Source: Reclinomonas americana ATCC 50394 (lineage: Eukaryota). Taken from it: DNA of 64,000 nt. Each line of letters begins with the position of its first letter. Within the stretch, counting starts at the first letter, position 1. Below are positions 10,081 to 20,581 of this stretch, piece after piece. A program made the translations under genes and the position numbers. Below the pieces are notes generated by a model. That model made no database searches, was not told the DNA's origin, and was given only the letters and a program-made list of their open reading frames with translations. The DNA lies in NCBI GenBank assembly GCA_048213135.1, contig PS015010.1, positions 620,001-684,000 of the forward strand, in the 5' to 3' direction.

Positions 10081-10655
10081 AACGGGTTTGTTTTTGTATT
10101 GAAATAATGCAGGCCGGTTTAAGGGGTATTTCAAAAGGATAAGGATGGGATAAAAAGCCGGTGATAAGTCACCTTACCACCAGCCTGGTCTTTTTAGAGA
10201 ATACCGGTGTTACTTTCCTGGATTTGAAAAGTGGCTTACCATAAGATTGGATTTTTATGCCTGGTTATATTTTCTTAAAGGAACTTCGGCCCTTAATTTT
10301 TTGCAATGCTTACCCGGTCATTTCCTCGTCTTTTTAATAACTAAAACAAAGACAGTGAAACGATGAAGCAATAATTGCCGGTAGGGTGATACCGCAACCA
10401 TCAATGGTCTTTACATAAATACAAGGCTTTTTTTCAGAGGGAAAAGGAGTACAGGATGCCGCTGTATGCGGGCAGGTCTATACCAAGACCGTAATCTTAC
10501 CGGGAGGGTTCCAACAGGTACCAATGAGTTTTGTTTAACTGAAGTAAAGGAGAATTGAAATGACGAAATAAACATTCATGCTATTGAATGCCAGTCATTT
10601 GCGAAAAGTACTTTTTTTAGTTGTTGGAGAGGGAATATTGGCCTGCCTGGAAAGA

Positions 10656-11858
10656 TCAGGGCTGAGTATTGCCTGTGGATTTGGTTATGGAGCCGGTGGT
10701 TTCTTCCCCACTGCGCAATTTTTTCTGAACAATCGCAGGCGTTAACCCGGTGAGTTCTTTAAAATATTTGTGAAGGGTTGCTTTGGAGTTGAAGCCGCAT
10801 TTAACGGATAAGGTATCGATCGTAAACATATCATTCTCCGGTTTGGCCAGTTCTTCCAGGAATTTTTTTGCCCTGAAACGGTTCACATAATTATAAAAGC
10901 TGTCGTTATAGCCATGGCGGATCGCTTTCGTAATCATCGGCGCGGATTGCTGCAGGTCTGCCGCGATCACCGAAAGGGAGAGGTTGTTATTGGCATAAGC
11001 TTTCTCTGCATCCATATATACTTCCAGCCGTTCGAATAACTTGCCCAGTTTATCGTTCTCCTCAGTGGTTTCTTCGGGAAATGATTTTTCTTCTTCTTTC
11101 TTTTCTTCCGGAAGATGATTCTCTTCTATCTCGGTATTGGCCTGGTTAAATTCAAAGGCCATATCCGGTTTCAGTACCACAAAATACCCCTGCACAATAA
11201 TAACCAGGCTCAGCAATACGAAGAGGGGAATATAAGCGTGTCTTGATATGGGCTGAAAGCACTCCGCCACTATATAACCCAGCCATACCGACCACAGCAC
11301 CACGTTCACAATCGAAATACTTTTCAGCCACTGGAACTGTACTTTTTTTGTGCTGGCATATACATCTCTTACCTCCCTGGTAAAGTTCCTGATGAGTTGC
11401 AGTACCCTTATTGTCAGGTAAAGGCTGTAGCCCACGGCGAGTATGGACCTGGTAAGATAGAGCGCCTGGTTATTGACGATGGTTACCCGTTGTTTCAGAT
11501 CCAGCTGGAGGTTGATGGCCAGGACGGTAATGATAATGCAGCAGAGTACATCGGCAACCGTTGGCAATACCAGGAAGAGTGTCATCTTTTTTCCCGGCCG
11601 GTATTTCGGGTTCAGGTAAGTGGCCACATATAAAAAGAACAACGGCGAAAAAAGGAAACGTATCGGGAATTCAGAATAGGTATACCAGGTGTTGATGAAA
11701 ATGGGGGCTATGTAAAGTTGTTCCGCGATGGCGGCAAGGAATACCAGGTAAAGCAACAGGAAATATTTCGCTGAAATGAGGGACCTTTTTTTATACAACA
11801 GGATGAAGGCTAATATAATTCCGTTGATGATACTGTACTCTAATATCGCTTTTGACAT
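10656..11858 (-). CDS. Membrane-anchored AraC-family transcriptional regulator
   Basis: About 7 TM segments followed by SFYNYVNRFR...CGFNSKATLHKYFKELTGLTP HTH. Confidence 0.85.
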   Translation of the reverse strand: MSKAILEYSIINGIILAFILLYKKRSLISAKYFLLLYLVFLAAIAEQLYIAPIFINTWYTYSEFPIRFLFSPLFFLYVATYLNPKYRPGKKMTLFLVLPTVADVLCCIIITVLAINLQLDLKQRVTIVNNQALYLTRSILAVGYSLYLTIRVLQLIRNFTREVRDVYASTKKVQFQWLKSISIVNVVLWSVWLGYIVAECFQPISRHAYIPLFVLLSLVIIVQGYFVVLKPDMAFEFNQANTEIEENHLPEEKKEEEKSFPEETTEENDKLGKLFERLEVYMDAEKAYANNNLSLSVIAADLQQSAPMITKAIRHGYNDSFYNYVNRFRAKKFLEELAKPENDMFTIDTLSVKCGFNSKATLHKYFKELTGLTPAIVQKKLRSGEETTGSITKSTGNTQP

Positions 11859-11984
11859 AAATAAAAATAGCCTGCAGTCCTGCCGGCATTCCCCTGGAAG
11901 CTATCCGTTCCTGCCATGTTGCAGAATACGGTTTACAGGAAAGTTTTGATTGAGATTTGATTGCTGTACATGGCTGGGGCATCA

Positions 11985-12890
11985 TCAATGCACCCGTGCT
12001 GTCATAAATATACCCAGTTTGTTAAACATATCGCTCAGTTTTTCAGGAGGCCATATATCATGTCCAAGACCGGTGTATTCATAGTGTTCGTAGGGGATAT
12101 TTTTGAGGATGAGTTTGTCTTTCAGTAACCTGGCCTGGGATATGCCCACCAGTATATCGTTTGTACCGTGAAAAGTGATTGTTGGTGGTGCGTTGTTCAT
12201 GAGCATATAGGCAGGGCTGCCCCAGTCGTAAGCATCGGCCTGGAAAATATTGGGAATGAGTATGCCGGTATAATTGATCACAGTGATACGGGTATCGGGC
12301 CCGGCAGGATTTACCCAGCAGTCCCTGAGGTCGGTCGGCCCCATATGATTACCCACCGCTTTCACCAGCCCATCGGTATTCTGTGTATAGCTGTGCATCA
12401 GGGCCAGGTTGGCGCCGGCACTTGAACCCCACATACCAAACTTATCGCTGATGAGCCAGGCCGTCATATTCTTTTTGACCGTATCCATGGCCCGGCGGAT
12501 ATAGCCGGTCTGTGCCGGGTAACGATGGGCGCCCGTGGCGATATCGATAAGGGGGTAATTGATATTGATAATAGCCCAGCCGGGCAGTACTTTTTTGAAA
12601 CTGTCAATATAAGGGTTAAGATCGGCCTTATCGCCAAATGTCCATCCGCCGCCGTGAATGAGCACAAGGGTACGGGTGCTGGCCGTACTCCTGCCACCGG
12701 GCAGGTACAGGTCCATTTTCATTTTGGGGTCGGGGCCATAGGGATAGTCAATAACCGTTACGGCATCCACAGGTACGGGGGGAGCAGGAGGTGTTGGCCC
12801 GGGGTTGGGCGTCGGGTCGGTTTTAATGCAACCGGCCACACAAAGAAGGACGGCTATCCAGGCGGACAAAGGCAATCTTTTACCAGTCAT
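11985..12890 (-). CDS. Alpha/beta hydrolase (esterase/lipase) lipoprotein
   Basis: Lipobox VAGC, IHGGGW, GSSAG nucleophile elbow, HGTND, GLGH. Confidence 0.85.
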   Translation of the reverse strand: MTGKRLPLSAWIAVLLCVAGCIKTDPTPNPGPTPPAPPVPVDAVTVIDYPYGPDPKMKMDLYLPGGRSTASTRTLVLIHGGGWTFGDKADLNPYIDSFKKVLPGWAIININYPLIDIATGAHRYPAQTGYIRRAMDTVKKNMTAWLISDKFGMWGSSAGANLALMHSYTQNTDGLVKAVGNHMGPTDLRDCWVNPAGPDTRITVINYTGILIPNIFQADAYDWGSPAYMLMNNAPPTITFHGTNDILVGISQARLLKDKLILKNIPYEHYEYTGLGHDIWPPEKLSDMFNKLGIFMTARVH

Positions 12891-13200
12891 GATCGGACGA
12901 TTAATGGTGATGAATGATGTTCCCGGTATGGAAGACAATAGTTATCGCTTAAAAGTTCCTTTTATTATACCTGAAACTTGTTCAAACCGGGAGTATCAGT
13001 CTTGATACTGAAATGAACATCTACTTGTTTTTATACCAGACTTATGAGTATATTTCATTTTTTAAATATGAATGCCTGTAACCGTATCGGGAGTGTTAAT
13101 TTATCTGTCACCATTCCTGTCAACGCAACCTGGTTATCATCGTACCTCATCTTCGGGCTCTTACGGGAAATAAAACAGCAACGGTTAAGTAACTTGCACC

Positions 13201-13917
13201 ATGCCCAATACTTACTTCCGGTTTAAACAATTCAGCGTTAACCAGGAGTACTGTGCCATGAAGGTGACTACCGACGCCTGCCTTTTTGGGGCAGTGGTTG
13301 CTGATGCGTTCGGGAATACGGCTACCGACCGGGCGCTCGACATCGGTACCGGTACGGGGTTACTTTCTCTTATGCTGGCGCAGCAACTGGTGGCTGATAT
13401 CGATGCGGTTGAAATAGAAGAGGCTGCGGCGCGGCAGGCGCAACAGAATTTTGACGACTCGCCCTGGGCTGACCGGCTGCGGGTGATACATACAGATATT
13501 ACCCGTTTTGATCCGGGGCCAACTTACCCGCTCATCTTTTCCAACCCGCCCTTTTTTGAAAATGATCTTCGTTCAGGTGAGGCAACCATTAATGCAGCGC
13601 GGCACGATACCGGTTTAAAATTGGATGTCTTGTATAATCGCGTAAAGCAATTATTGTCTGCCGGCGGGCATTGGGTTGTATTATTACCCGAAAGAAGAAT
13701 TGATGACGCCCTCCGTGAAGCGGCTGCACGGGAACTGCATTTGTATAAAAGAATTGATGTCCGGCAAACACCGGCTCATGCCTGTTTTCGGGGCATCCTT
13801 TTTTTCAGCCCGGTAAAAAAAGAATATACAGAAGAAGAGATCGTGATCCGTGATGAAAACAATGCCTACAGCCCGGAGTTTACCCGCCTGCTTAAAAATT
13901 ATTACCTGTACCTCTGA
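13201..13917 (+). CDS. trmN: tRNA1(Val) (adenine37-N6)-methyltransferase
   Basis: FRFKQF, AMKVTTDACL, LDIGTGTG, SNPPFF, ARH. Confidence 0.88.
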   Translation: MPNTYFRFKQFSVNQEYCAMKVTTDACLFGAVVADAFGNTATDRALDIGTGTGLLSLMLAQQLVADIDAVEIEEAAARQAQQNFDDSPWADRLRVIHTDITRFDPGPTYPLIFSNPPFFENDLRSGEATINAARHDTGLKLDVLYNRVKQLLSAGGHWVVLLPERRIDDALREAAARELHLYKRIDVRQTPAHACFRGILFFSPVKKEYTEEEIVIRDENNAYSPEFTRLLKNYYLYL

Positions 13918-13925
13918 ATGAAAAA

Positions 13926-15119
13926 TTAATTACCGTACTCTTTCATGTACGCGAAAGGTTCGGTTATTTCGCCCTGCTTCACAAGGGTAGCCCTGTCCAG
14001 CATGGCGCTGCCGCCTTTCATAATGTCTTCCAGCACAAACTTGATCAGTTGTTCACCGAAGTACTGGCTGGCATCACGCGGCAACTCATTGGGCAGGTTG
14101 CCTACGGCCATCATATCAATACTGCCGGGCAGGTAAGGTGCCGTTTTCTGTAATGTTTTCTTATCAACGCCATACACCGGGTCTTCAATGGTCTGGTCAC
14201 CCAGGTTGATGGGCACGGAACCATGTTCGTCGTCGGTAATGTCGGCAATGGTTTGTATGGAAAAAGATTCATCTACCTGGTCGGTCTCAAACAGCCGTGG
14301 TACCTGGTCATCCCAGTACACGCCGTTCATGAGGATATCGGTGCAGTGGATATAGGGGAGAAAGCGGCTGCGGTATTCTTCCGGGTTATTGTGAAAGTGT
14401 TCGCGTTTGTACGTCTTCAGTTGTTTGTGGGTATACAGGTCTGATCCTTTGAGTTGTACATATACCGGGTAGCTGAAGTTGCGTTCCAGGTATTCATCGG
14501 TATCCACTTCGTGAATACCCATCAGGTTCATCACTTCCAGTACGCCATGCGCCACACGTCCGCTGCCGGTAACGGCGATCTTGATGTTGGGCAGTTTCAA
14601 ACCGAAGTAAGTGCGTATCAGGTGGCGGTAGTCCTTGTTCTCGTGCACACGCCCCAGCGAGAATTGGCCGGTGCGTTTGCCATAGGCCATCATACCGTTG
14701 TGTGCGCCCACAATGCCCGCGAAAAAACCAAAGCCCAGCACCCGCTGACCATCATCATGCACCAGGCATTCGTAGTCGATCAGTGTAATGTCTTTTTCCA
14801 GTATAGCTTTGAAGAGTTTCTGGTTATGGGGCTGCAGTTTTTTGGTATGGGAGAAAAAGAGGTAGGTCTTGCCCGGTATCAGCATGTCAACCGGCACTTC
14901 CTTGATGCCGAGGAGTACATCCGCCTCGCTGATGTCTTCTTTTACGGTAACGCCCGCCATTTCATATTCTTTGTCGGTAAAGCAGCGGGTGTTGGAATGC
15001 TGCACCAGCACTTTTATCTGCGGAAAATTCATGTGCAGCCAGCGGCAGTGGGCAGGGGTGAGGGCAACCCGGTTATCGGCGGGCGTTTTGCCTTCGCGTA
15101 TAAGACCTAAAGTAAGCAT
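13926..15119 (-). CDS. Saccharopine dehydrogenase / AlaDH-PNT family NAD(P)-dependent oxidoreductase
   Basis: REGKTPADNRVAL, GIKEVP, FFSHTKK, IDYECL, NLPNELPRDAS. Confidence 0.8.
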   Translation of the reverse strand: MLTLGLIREGKTPADNRVALTPAHCRWLHMNFPQIKVLVQHSNTRCFTDKEYEMAGVTVKEDISEADVLLGIKEVPVDMLIPGKTYLFFSHTKKLQPHNQKLFKAILEKDITLIDYECLVHDDGQRVLGFGFFAGIVGAHNGMMAYGKRTGQFSLGRVHENKDYRHLIRTYFGLKLPNIKIAVTGSGRVAHGVLEVMNLMGIHEVDTDEYLERNFSYPVYVQLKGSDLYTHKQLKTYKREHFHNNPEEYRSRFLPYIHCTDILMNGVYWDDQVPRLFETDQVDESFSIQTIADITDDEHGSVPINLGDQTIEDPVYGVDKKTLQKTAPYLPGSIDMMAVGNLPNELPRDASQYFGEQLIKFVLEDIMKGGSAMLDRATLVKQGEITEPFAYMKEYGN

Positions 15120-15158
15120 CAATCGTTCAATTAAGCCGGCAATTTACTGCATACATTT

Positions 15159-15166
15159 TATATTTG
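15159..15166 (+). promoter_or_regulatory. Bacteroidota -7 promoter element for hscB
   Basis: TATATTTG matches TAnnTTTG, immediately before the ATG. Confidence 0.5.
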
Positions 15167-15169
15167 CAG

Positions 15170-15649
15170 ATGAACTATTTTGAATTGTTTGACCTGCCCG
15201 TCTCCTTCACCGTCGACCAGACACTATTGTCGCAGCGGTATTTTGATATACAGAAAAAAACGCATCCCGATTTTTTTGTACAGGCCACCGAAGCCGAACA
15301 GGCCGAAGCGCTGGAGCAGTCTGCCGCAGCCAACAAGGGTTTTAAGATATTGAAGAACGCCGGGGAAACGATCAAATATGTGCTGGAACTGAAAGCCGTG
15401 CTGGAGCCCGACGAAAAATACCAGCTGCCACCGGATTTTTTAATGGAGATGATGGAACTGAATGAAGAACTGGGCGACGATGCCGCGAATAAAGTAGCCG
15501 CCATCGATAAAGAACTCTATTCGGAAGTGCAGGATGCCATCAGTAACTACAACGATGCAAGCCCCGACAGGTCAGCGCTGGAGCGGATTAAGGCCTATTA
15601 TTTCAAGAAAAAATACTTACAGCGTATTTTGGACAGAATCGGCGGATAG
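15170..15649 (+). CDS. hscB: Fe-S assembly co-chaperone HscB
   Basis: MNYFELF...HPD J-domain; PPDFLMEMMELNE. Confidence 0.88.
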   Translation: MNYFELFDLPVSFTVDQTLLSQRYFDIQKKTHPDFFVQATEAEQAEALEQSAAANKGFKILKNAGETIKYVLELKAVLEPDEKYQLPPDFLMEMMELNEELGDDAANKVAAIDKELYSEVQDAISNYNDASPDRSALERIKAYYFKKKYLQRILDRIGG

Positions 15650-15706
15650 CGTAATATTGCAGCCCCGTTAAGGTATAAAAATCAATGCGGGGATATCTCA
15701 AAAAAT

Positions 15707-15793
15707 GCCCATGTGGCGGAACTGGTAGACGCAGCAGACTCAAAATCTGCCATTCGCAAGGATGTGAAGGTTCGATTCCTTTCGTGGGCACCA
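15707..15793 (+). tRNA. tRNA-Leu(CAA)
   Basis: Acceptor stem GCCCATG/CGTGGGC, anticodon arm GCAGA-CTCAAAA-TCTGC, long variable arm, GGTTCGATTCC, encoded CCA. Confidence 0.95.
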
Positions 15794-15795
15794 AT

Positions 15796-15820
15796 GCCGG
15801 TCAGAAATGACCGGCGTTCT
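15796..15820 (+). terminator. Hairpin terminator after the tRNA
   Basis: GCCGGTCA-GAAA-TGACCGGC followed by GTTCTT. Confidence 0.65.
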
Positions 15821-15911
15821 TATATGTTGAATAAACCAATTGCTGCACATATTTCCTGAAACTACCGGATATGTATTATGACGGCTATAAGGACGATGTC
15901 TCTGGCAGTAC

Positions 15912-16472
15912 CTATTGCTTTCCTTTCTGCCTGTTGATCATGTCCCTTATCCTTCCGGCACTTTCATAATCTTCTTTGGCCAGCACATTTTGTAACAGGC
16001 TTTCCAGTTCGCTGATGCTGTAATCGGCAAGAGAGCCTTTGATGAGATTGAGTTTCTTTAAAGTATCTGTAATCACGGCTTCTCCCATTACAGTAGCCGC
16101 TACATATAAAGGACAGGCAAACCGGATGGACATAGCCAGTGCGTCACTCGCCCGGGCATCAATTTTCTTCTCTTCCTTTTGAGCCGTTTCGATCACCAGC
16201 CAGGCGTGAAACATATTGTTCTCAATCATGTAAATGACCACTTCCTTCAAACGTCCGCCCATTTCTGTAATGGTGGTTTTAAAAATATCATGGGTGAGCG
16301 GCCTGGGCAGCTGCATCCGCTCCAGGTACACCGCTATGGCCTGGGCCTCCGTAGCACCGATGATAATGGCCATCCTTTTTTTTGTTTCAGGACTTTCCAG
16401 CACGGCGGCGTAGTTGCCGGGAGAGCTTTCGCTGCTGCTTAACGCTATTAAATGGACCTCAATTTTTTCCAT
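15912..16472 (-). CDS. Bifunctional nuclease (DUF151) family protein with UVR domain
   Basis: IIIGATEAQAIA, RPLTHD, IDARASDALA, EDYESAGRIRD. Confidence 0.88.
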   Translation of the reverse strand: MEKIEVHLIALSSSESSPGNYAAVLESPETKKRMAIIIGATEAQAIAVYLERMQLPRPLTHDIFKTTITEMGGRLKEVVIYMIENNMFHAWLVIETAQKEEKKIDARASDALAMSIRFACPLYVAATVMGEAVITDTLKKLNLIKGSLADYSISELESLLQNVLAKEDYESAGRIRDMINRQKGKQ

Positions 16473-16497
16473 ACCGGGATATGTTTATTGTATAAAC

Positions 16498-16698
16498 CTA
16501 CAGCAAAATAAAACGACACAGTTCATCCACATCATCAAACGGGGCTACTACCAGCTCATAACTGAATAATTTATACAGGCCATTGGCTTCCACCTCAATA
16601 TGATAGCCTTTGCCAACAGTTATGCTGTTATTGTTTGTGACAACGATCTCAATGTTGTAATCTTTTAAAGCGGCAATGAGTATTTCCAGTGCTGTCAT
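16498..16698 (-). CDS. Small hypothetical protein in the hydrogenase operon
   Basis: 66 aa, co-oriented, 3-bp gap from the upstream gene. Confidence 0.6.
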   Translation of the reverse strand: MTALEILIAALKDYNIEIVVTNNNSITVGKGYHIEVEANGLYKLFSYELVVAPFDDVDELCRFILL

Positions 16699-16701
16699 TT
16701 T

Positions 16702-17349
16702 CTAAACGGATAAGTTTTCCTTAATAATAAAAAAGCCATAAATGATGCAAAGCGCAGATGAGACCAGGATGAGCAGGCCCTGCACCAGGGTATGCTGTAA
16801 ATACTTTTTACTGAATGGCAAGCTGAACAATGCCGCTGCCAGCATCATCCCTCCTACAGAGCCTATACCAAATATCGCCAGGTACAGAATACTGCTGCCG
16901 GTGGAGTGTGTTTTACTCAACACGATCAGCATTAATGCCCCACTGCCCGCAAGGCCATGTACCAACCCTATTAAATAGGCCGGTAAATGCGAATGAACTT
17001 TTCCGCCATGACTGTGCAGGGAATGGTTATGCTGATGTATTGAAAGAGCAGACCTGCTCCTGTACCATTTCAGCAACCTGTAAACGCCAAGTGATAACAG
17101 CATCAGTCCAACGCCCGCTTCGAAATAGGAAAACCAGGTCTCCGCGATCCGGAACTTTATCACCAGGAAAATACAGCCGATGACCAGTATGGTAGAAGTG
17201 TGGCCTAATCCCCAAAAGATGCCATCTTTCATCGCTTTGTTCAGCCTGTTCCTGGTTGTCACCATATTGCTGACGGCCAGTAAATGATCGGTCTCAAAAG
17301 CATGTGTAAACCCGGCATAAAGGGTTAAAAAAATGGGAATGGTGATCAT
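16702..17349 (-). CDS. Nickel permease (NiCoT/UreH-like)
   Basis: HAFETDH motif, WGLGHT, His-rich loop, GLVHGLAGSG. Confidence 0.85.
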   Translation of the reverse strand: MITIPIFLTLYAGFTHAFETDHLLAVSNMVTTRNRLNKAMKDGIFWGLGHTSTILVIGCIFLVIKFRIAETWFSYFEAGVGLMLLSLGVYRLLKWYRSRSALSIHQHNHSLHSHGGKVHSHLPAYLIGLVHGLAGSGALMLIVLSKTHSTGSSILYLAIFGIGSVGGMMLAAALFSLPFSKKYLQHTLVQGLLILVSSALCIIYGFFIIKENLSV

Positions 17350-18425
17350 CTCTCTTTTTTATAAAATAAAATACGGTGATTGCCGGTGTCGGCTAAAATC
17401 AGAAAATCATTGTAAGTGTTGATGGCAAAAGGCCAGTACATCTCGTTCTTGATGTCCGACTTCAGGCTCAGGGATGTTTCGCCATGTGTTTCAAAATCAG
17501 GCTGTCCTATTTGGGCAACAGCCTCCTGGTTATTATAACCGGGTTTGCCATGAAAAACAATACGGCTGTTGCCGGTATCGGCGATGGCTATGCCTTCATC
17601 GGTAAAGCAGCAATCGTAAACCCAGTTTAGTGTGTTGGCATTGGGTTTTAACCGGTATTGATTTTGCCCGTTGGCAGAAAAATCATTTTGTCCGAAAATG
17701 ATATCCGCCTTTTGCTGTACGGCCTTTTGCCATTGGTGCCAGTACAGTACCCTGAAAAATTGCGTATCAGCGACTGCCATATTTCCGGCGCTGTTTACTT
17801 TTACCGAATAGGGCCATACCGCATTTTCATTGTTGTAATCCTTGTCTTCAAAACTATCCTGGCCAATGACGAGGGTGGCGGCGGCAAAGTTGTGTGACGG
17901 TATCGTGTCAAAATACAGGATACGGCGGTTGCCGGTGTCGGCGATCCATAGTTCATGACCATTGCTGTATACACCATAAGGCCAGTTCAAACTGTTGCTG
18001 CCGGGTGGTTTCCCAATGCCATGTACATTGGGCTGGTTACTGGTAAAATCGGGCTGCCCGATTACAATGTCTGCCGGCTGGAAATTCTGCACAGGCATTG
18101 TTTTCCAGATCAGCACCCTGTGGTTCCAGGCATCGGCAACGATAACCATTTCACCATTGGTCCATACCGCGGACGGGTATTGCAAAGATGAGGAGGAGAC
18201 GCCCATGCCGGCGTTGCGTTCCGTCGCAGTCATCTCTTTTTGTCCCAGGATGATATCAGGCTGTTGAAAGTCTGTATGCTGAAAGTTGTTCCAGATAAAG
18301 ACCCTGTTTTGCCCGGTATCGCTGACCACTAAAGTATCGTTGTGCAGGTACACTCCCCTGGGCGCCAGGAAGGGATTGTCCTGTTCCCCGGAAAAAGTAT
18401 TAAGCAAGGTATATGCTGACTTCAT
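17346..18425 (-). CDS. NHL-repeat protein associated with hydrogenase maturation
   Basis: Repeated (A/S)DTGNxR(V/I) and GQxDF motifs. Confidence 0.85.
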   Translation of the reverse strand: MKSAYTLLNTFSGEQDNPFLAPRGVYLHNDTLVVSDTGQNRVFIWNNFQHTDFQQPDIILGQKEMTATERNAGMGVSSSSLQYPSAVWTNGEMVIVADAWNHRVLIWKTMPVQNFQPADIVIGQPDFTSNQPNVHGIGKPPGSNSLNWPYGVYSNGHELWIADTGNRRILYFDTIPSHNFAAATLVIGQDSFEDKDYNNENAVWPYSVKVNSAGNMAVADTQFFRVLYWHQWQKAVQQKADIIFGQNDFSANGQNQYRLKPNANTLNWVYDCCFTDEGIAIADTGNSRIVFHGKPGYNNQEAVAQIGQPDFETHGETSLSLKSDIKNEMYWPFAINTYNDFLILADTGNHRILFYKKER

Positions 18426-18442
18426 CTTCTTTGATATATTCC

Positions 18443-19486
18443 TTAACAAATGCGGGGTAATTGTTCACCGGTTAACATATTGACAACTCTCTTTCCGCCA
18501 ATGGAGCTTTGCATGATCACCTGTCCTTTATGGGCAGCGACGATGCTGCCTATGACCGCAGCCTGAGAGCATCGCTCATACGTCTGCAATCGGCGGACCA
18601 CCTCACCGGCTATATCCTTTTGCACTGCCATGATAAACACCCCTTCATTGGCCACATACAAAGGATCGAGGCCCAGCATTTCGCAGGCGCCATTTACCTG
18701 TTCCGTAACCGGGATATGATTCTGCATGATCTCGATACCCAGGCTGGCGTCTTTGGCCACTTCATTCAGTACACTGGCGATGCCACCGCGGGTAGCGTCC
18801 CTCAGGAAATGAATATCATTCTTGAATGTGCTGATCATATCCTGCACGATGAAATTGAGGTTACAGGTATCGCTTTCAATGTCGGTCTCAAATTCCAGGC
18901 CCTGGCGTTTACTCATAACAGCAATACCATGATTGGCGATGGTATGGCTTACAATGATGGCATCGTTTTCCTGTATCTGGCGCAAGCCGATAGCCGCGTC
19001 GGGCAGCACAACACCGATGCCGCTGGTATTGATGAAAATTTTATCGCCTTTGCCTTTTTCCACTACTTTGGTATCGCCGGTTACAATCTGCACGCCTGCA
19101 TTATCCGCAGCCTGTTTTATATTATTCAGTATCTGCCAGAAGTCCGCCATCTCTAATCCTTCTTCAATGATAAATGCCAGGGATAAGTATTTGGCCATGG
19201 CGCCGCACATGGCCAGGTCGTTGACGGTACCATTGACGGCCAGTTCGCCAATGCTGCCGCCGGGGAAGAAAATGGGATGTATGACATAGCTGTCGGTGCT
19301 GAATGCCAGTTGGCCTTCCAAAGTAAATTGCGCTCCGTCATGCTTCTCATCCAGCCAGTCATTTTTCAGAACCTGGAACACGCCATTATTCAGCAGCTGG
19401 TGAGTAAGGATGCCACCGCTGCCATGACCTAAATTGATGGTATCAAAGTCAAACCTGGGTAGGGGGCAGGAGAGTTGCACTTTCAT
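18443..19486 (-). CDS. hypE: Hydrogenase maturation carbamoyl dehydratase HypE
   Basis: GHGSGG, NGTVNDLAM, GDTKVV, RDATRGG, ANEG, C-terminal PRIC. Confidence 0.95.
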   Translation of the reverse strand: MKVQLSCPLPRFDFDTINLGHGSGGILTHQLLNNGVFQVLKNDWLDEKHDGAQFTLEGQLAFSTDSYVIHPIFFPGGSIGELAVNGTVNDLAMCGAMAKYLSLAFIIEEGLEMADFWQILNNIKQAADNAGVQIVTGDTKVVEKGKGDKIFINTSGIGVVLPDAAIGLRQIQENDAIIVSHTIANHGIAVMSKRQGLEFETDIESDTCNLNFIVQDMISTFKNDIHFLRDATRGGIASVLNEVAKDASLGIEIMQNHIPVTEQVNGACEMLGLDPLYVANEGVFIMAVQKDIAGEVVRRLQTYERCSQAAVIGSIVAAHKGQVIMQSSIGGKRVVNMLTGEQLPRIC

Positions 19487-19491
19487 ATTTG

Positions 19492-20580
19492 CTAGTTGAT
19501 ATTGCTGAAATGATAATACGCGGCGCACGCCCCTTCACTGCTGACCATGGGTGCACCGACAGGATTTAAGGGTGTACATTTTTTTCCAAATTGCGGGCAC
19601 TGGCCCGGTTTTTTTATACCCCTTAATATTTCCCCGGCAATACATTTCTTGCTTTCTTCGGCCTTTGGAATGTAAATGCTGAATTTTTTATTGGCATCAA
19701 ACAGGGCATAATCGTCTGCTATTTCATACCCGCTCATGGGAATATCGCCAATGCCCCGCCATTCCCTGTTGCCGGTGGTAAACACAGACCGGATCACATC
19801 CTGCGCATCAGGATTGCCGTTACTGCGCACCACCCTGCTGTACTGGTTCTCCAGTTTGTATTCACCGTTCTCCAGTTGCTTTACCAGCATGGTAATTCCC
19901 TGCAGCAGGTCAACGGGTTCGAAGCCGGTAACGACAATGGGCAGTTGGTACTTTTCCACGATCGGGTAGTATTCATCCAAACCCATGATGGTGCAAACAT
20001 GCCCTGCTGCCAGGAAGCCCTGTACAATGTTGGTTTCGTCATTTACCAGCGCTTCTATGGCGGGAGGTACCAGCACATGACTGGTAAGCAGGCTGTAGTT
20101 GGTCAGTTTCTCCCGCCGGGCGTGCAATACGCTTAATGCGTTGGCCGGCGCCGTGGTTTCAAACCCGACAGCAAAAAACACCACTTGTTTACCGGGGTTT
20201 TCCTTTGCCAGCTTTACCGCTTCCAGGGGAGAATATAATATCCTTACATCGGCGCCGAGGGCTTTTGCTTCGAGCAGACTTTTTTTACTCCCGGGAACCC
20301 TCAGCATGTCACCATAACTGCAGAGGATTACATTTTTCTCTTCTGCCAGGTAAACGGCTTTGTCAATCAGGTGCAGCGGGGTAACACATACCGGGCAACC
20401 CGGGCCATGTACCATATTTATTTTTTCCGGCAGCAGGGAAAGAATGCCGTTTTTTACAAGACTGTGTGTTTGCCCTCCGCATACTTCCATTATTGTCCAC
20501 GGTCTGGTCGTGATTCTGTGTAATTCCTCAATATATTGTTCAACTACGGAAGCTTCCCGGTATTCTGTTAAGTATTTCAT
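19492..20580 (-). CDS. hypD: Hydrogenase maturation protein HypD
   Basis: MEVCGGQTH, GPGCPVC, GFETTAP, PMVSSEGACAAYY. Confidence 0.96.
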   Translation of the reverse strand: MKYLTEYREASVVEQYIEELHRITTRPWTIMEVCGGQTHSLVKNGILSLLPEKINMVHGPGCPVCVTPLHLIDKAVYLAEEKNVILCSYGDMLRVPGSKKSLLEAKALGADVRILYSPLEAVKLAKENPGKQVVFFAVGFETTAPANALSVLHARREKLTNYSLLTSHVLVPPAIEALVNDETNIVQGFLAAGHVCTIMGLDEYYPIVEKYQLPIVVTGFEPVDLLQGITMLVKQLENGEYKLENQYSRVVRSNGNPDAQDVIRSVFTTGNREWRGIGDIPMSGYEIADDYALFDANKKFSIYIPKAEESKKCIAGEILRGIKKPGQCPQFGKKCTPLNPVGAPMVSSEGACAAYYHFSNIN

Positions 20581-20581
20581 A

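Noticed and set aside
10135-10655. Long intergenic region as possible ncRNA or small ORF
   Set aside because: No convincing structure or ORF seen; probably the promoter region for the AraC-linked surface protein
15863-16490. Similar short sequences taccggatatgtattatg and taccgggatatgtttattg flanking the DUF151 gene
   Set aside because: Too short and degenerate to support att sites or a target duplication
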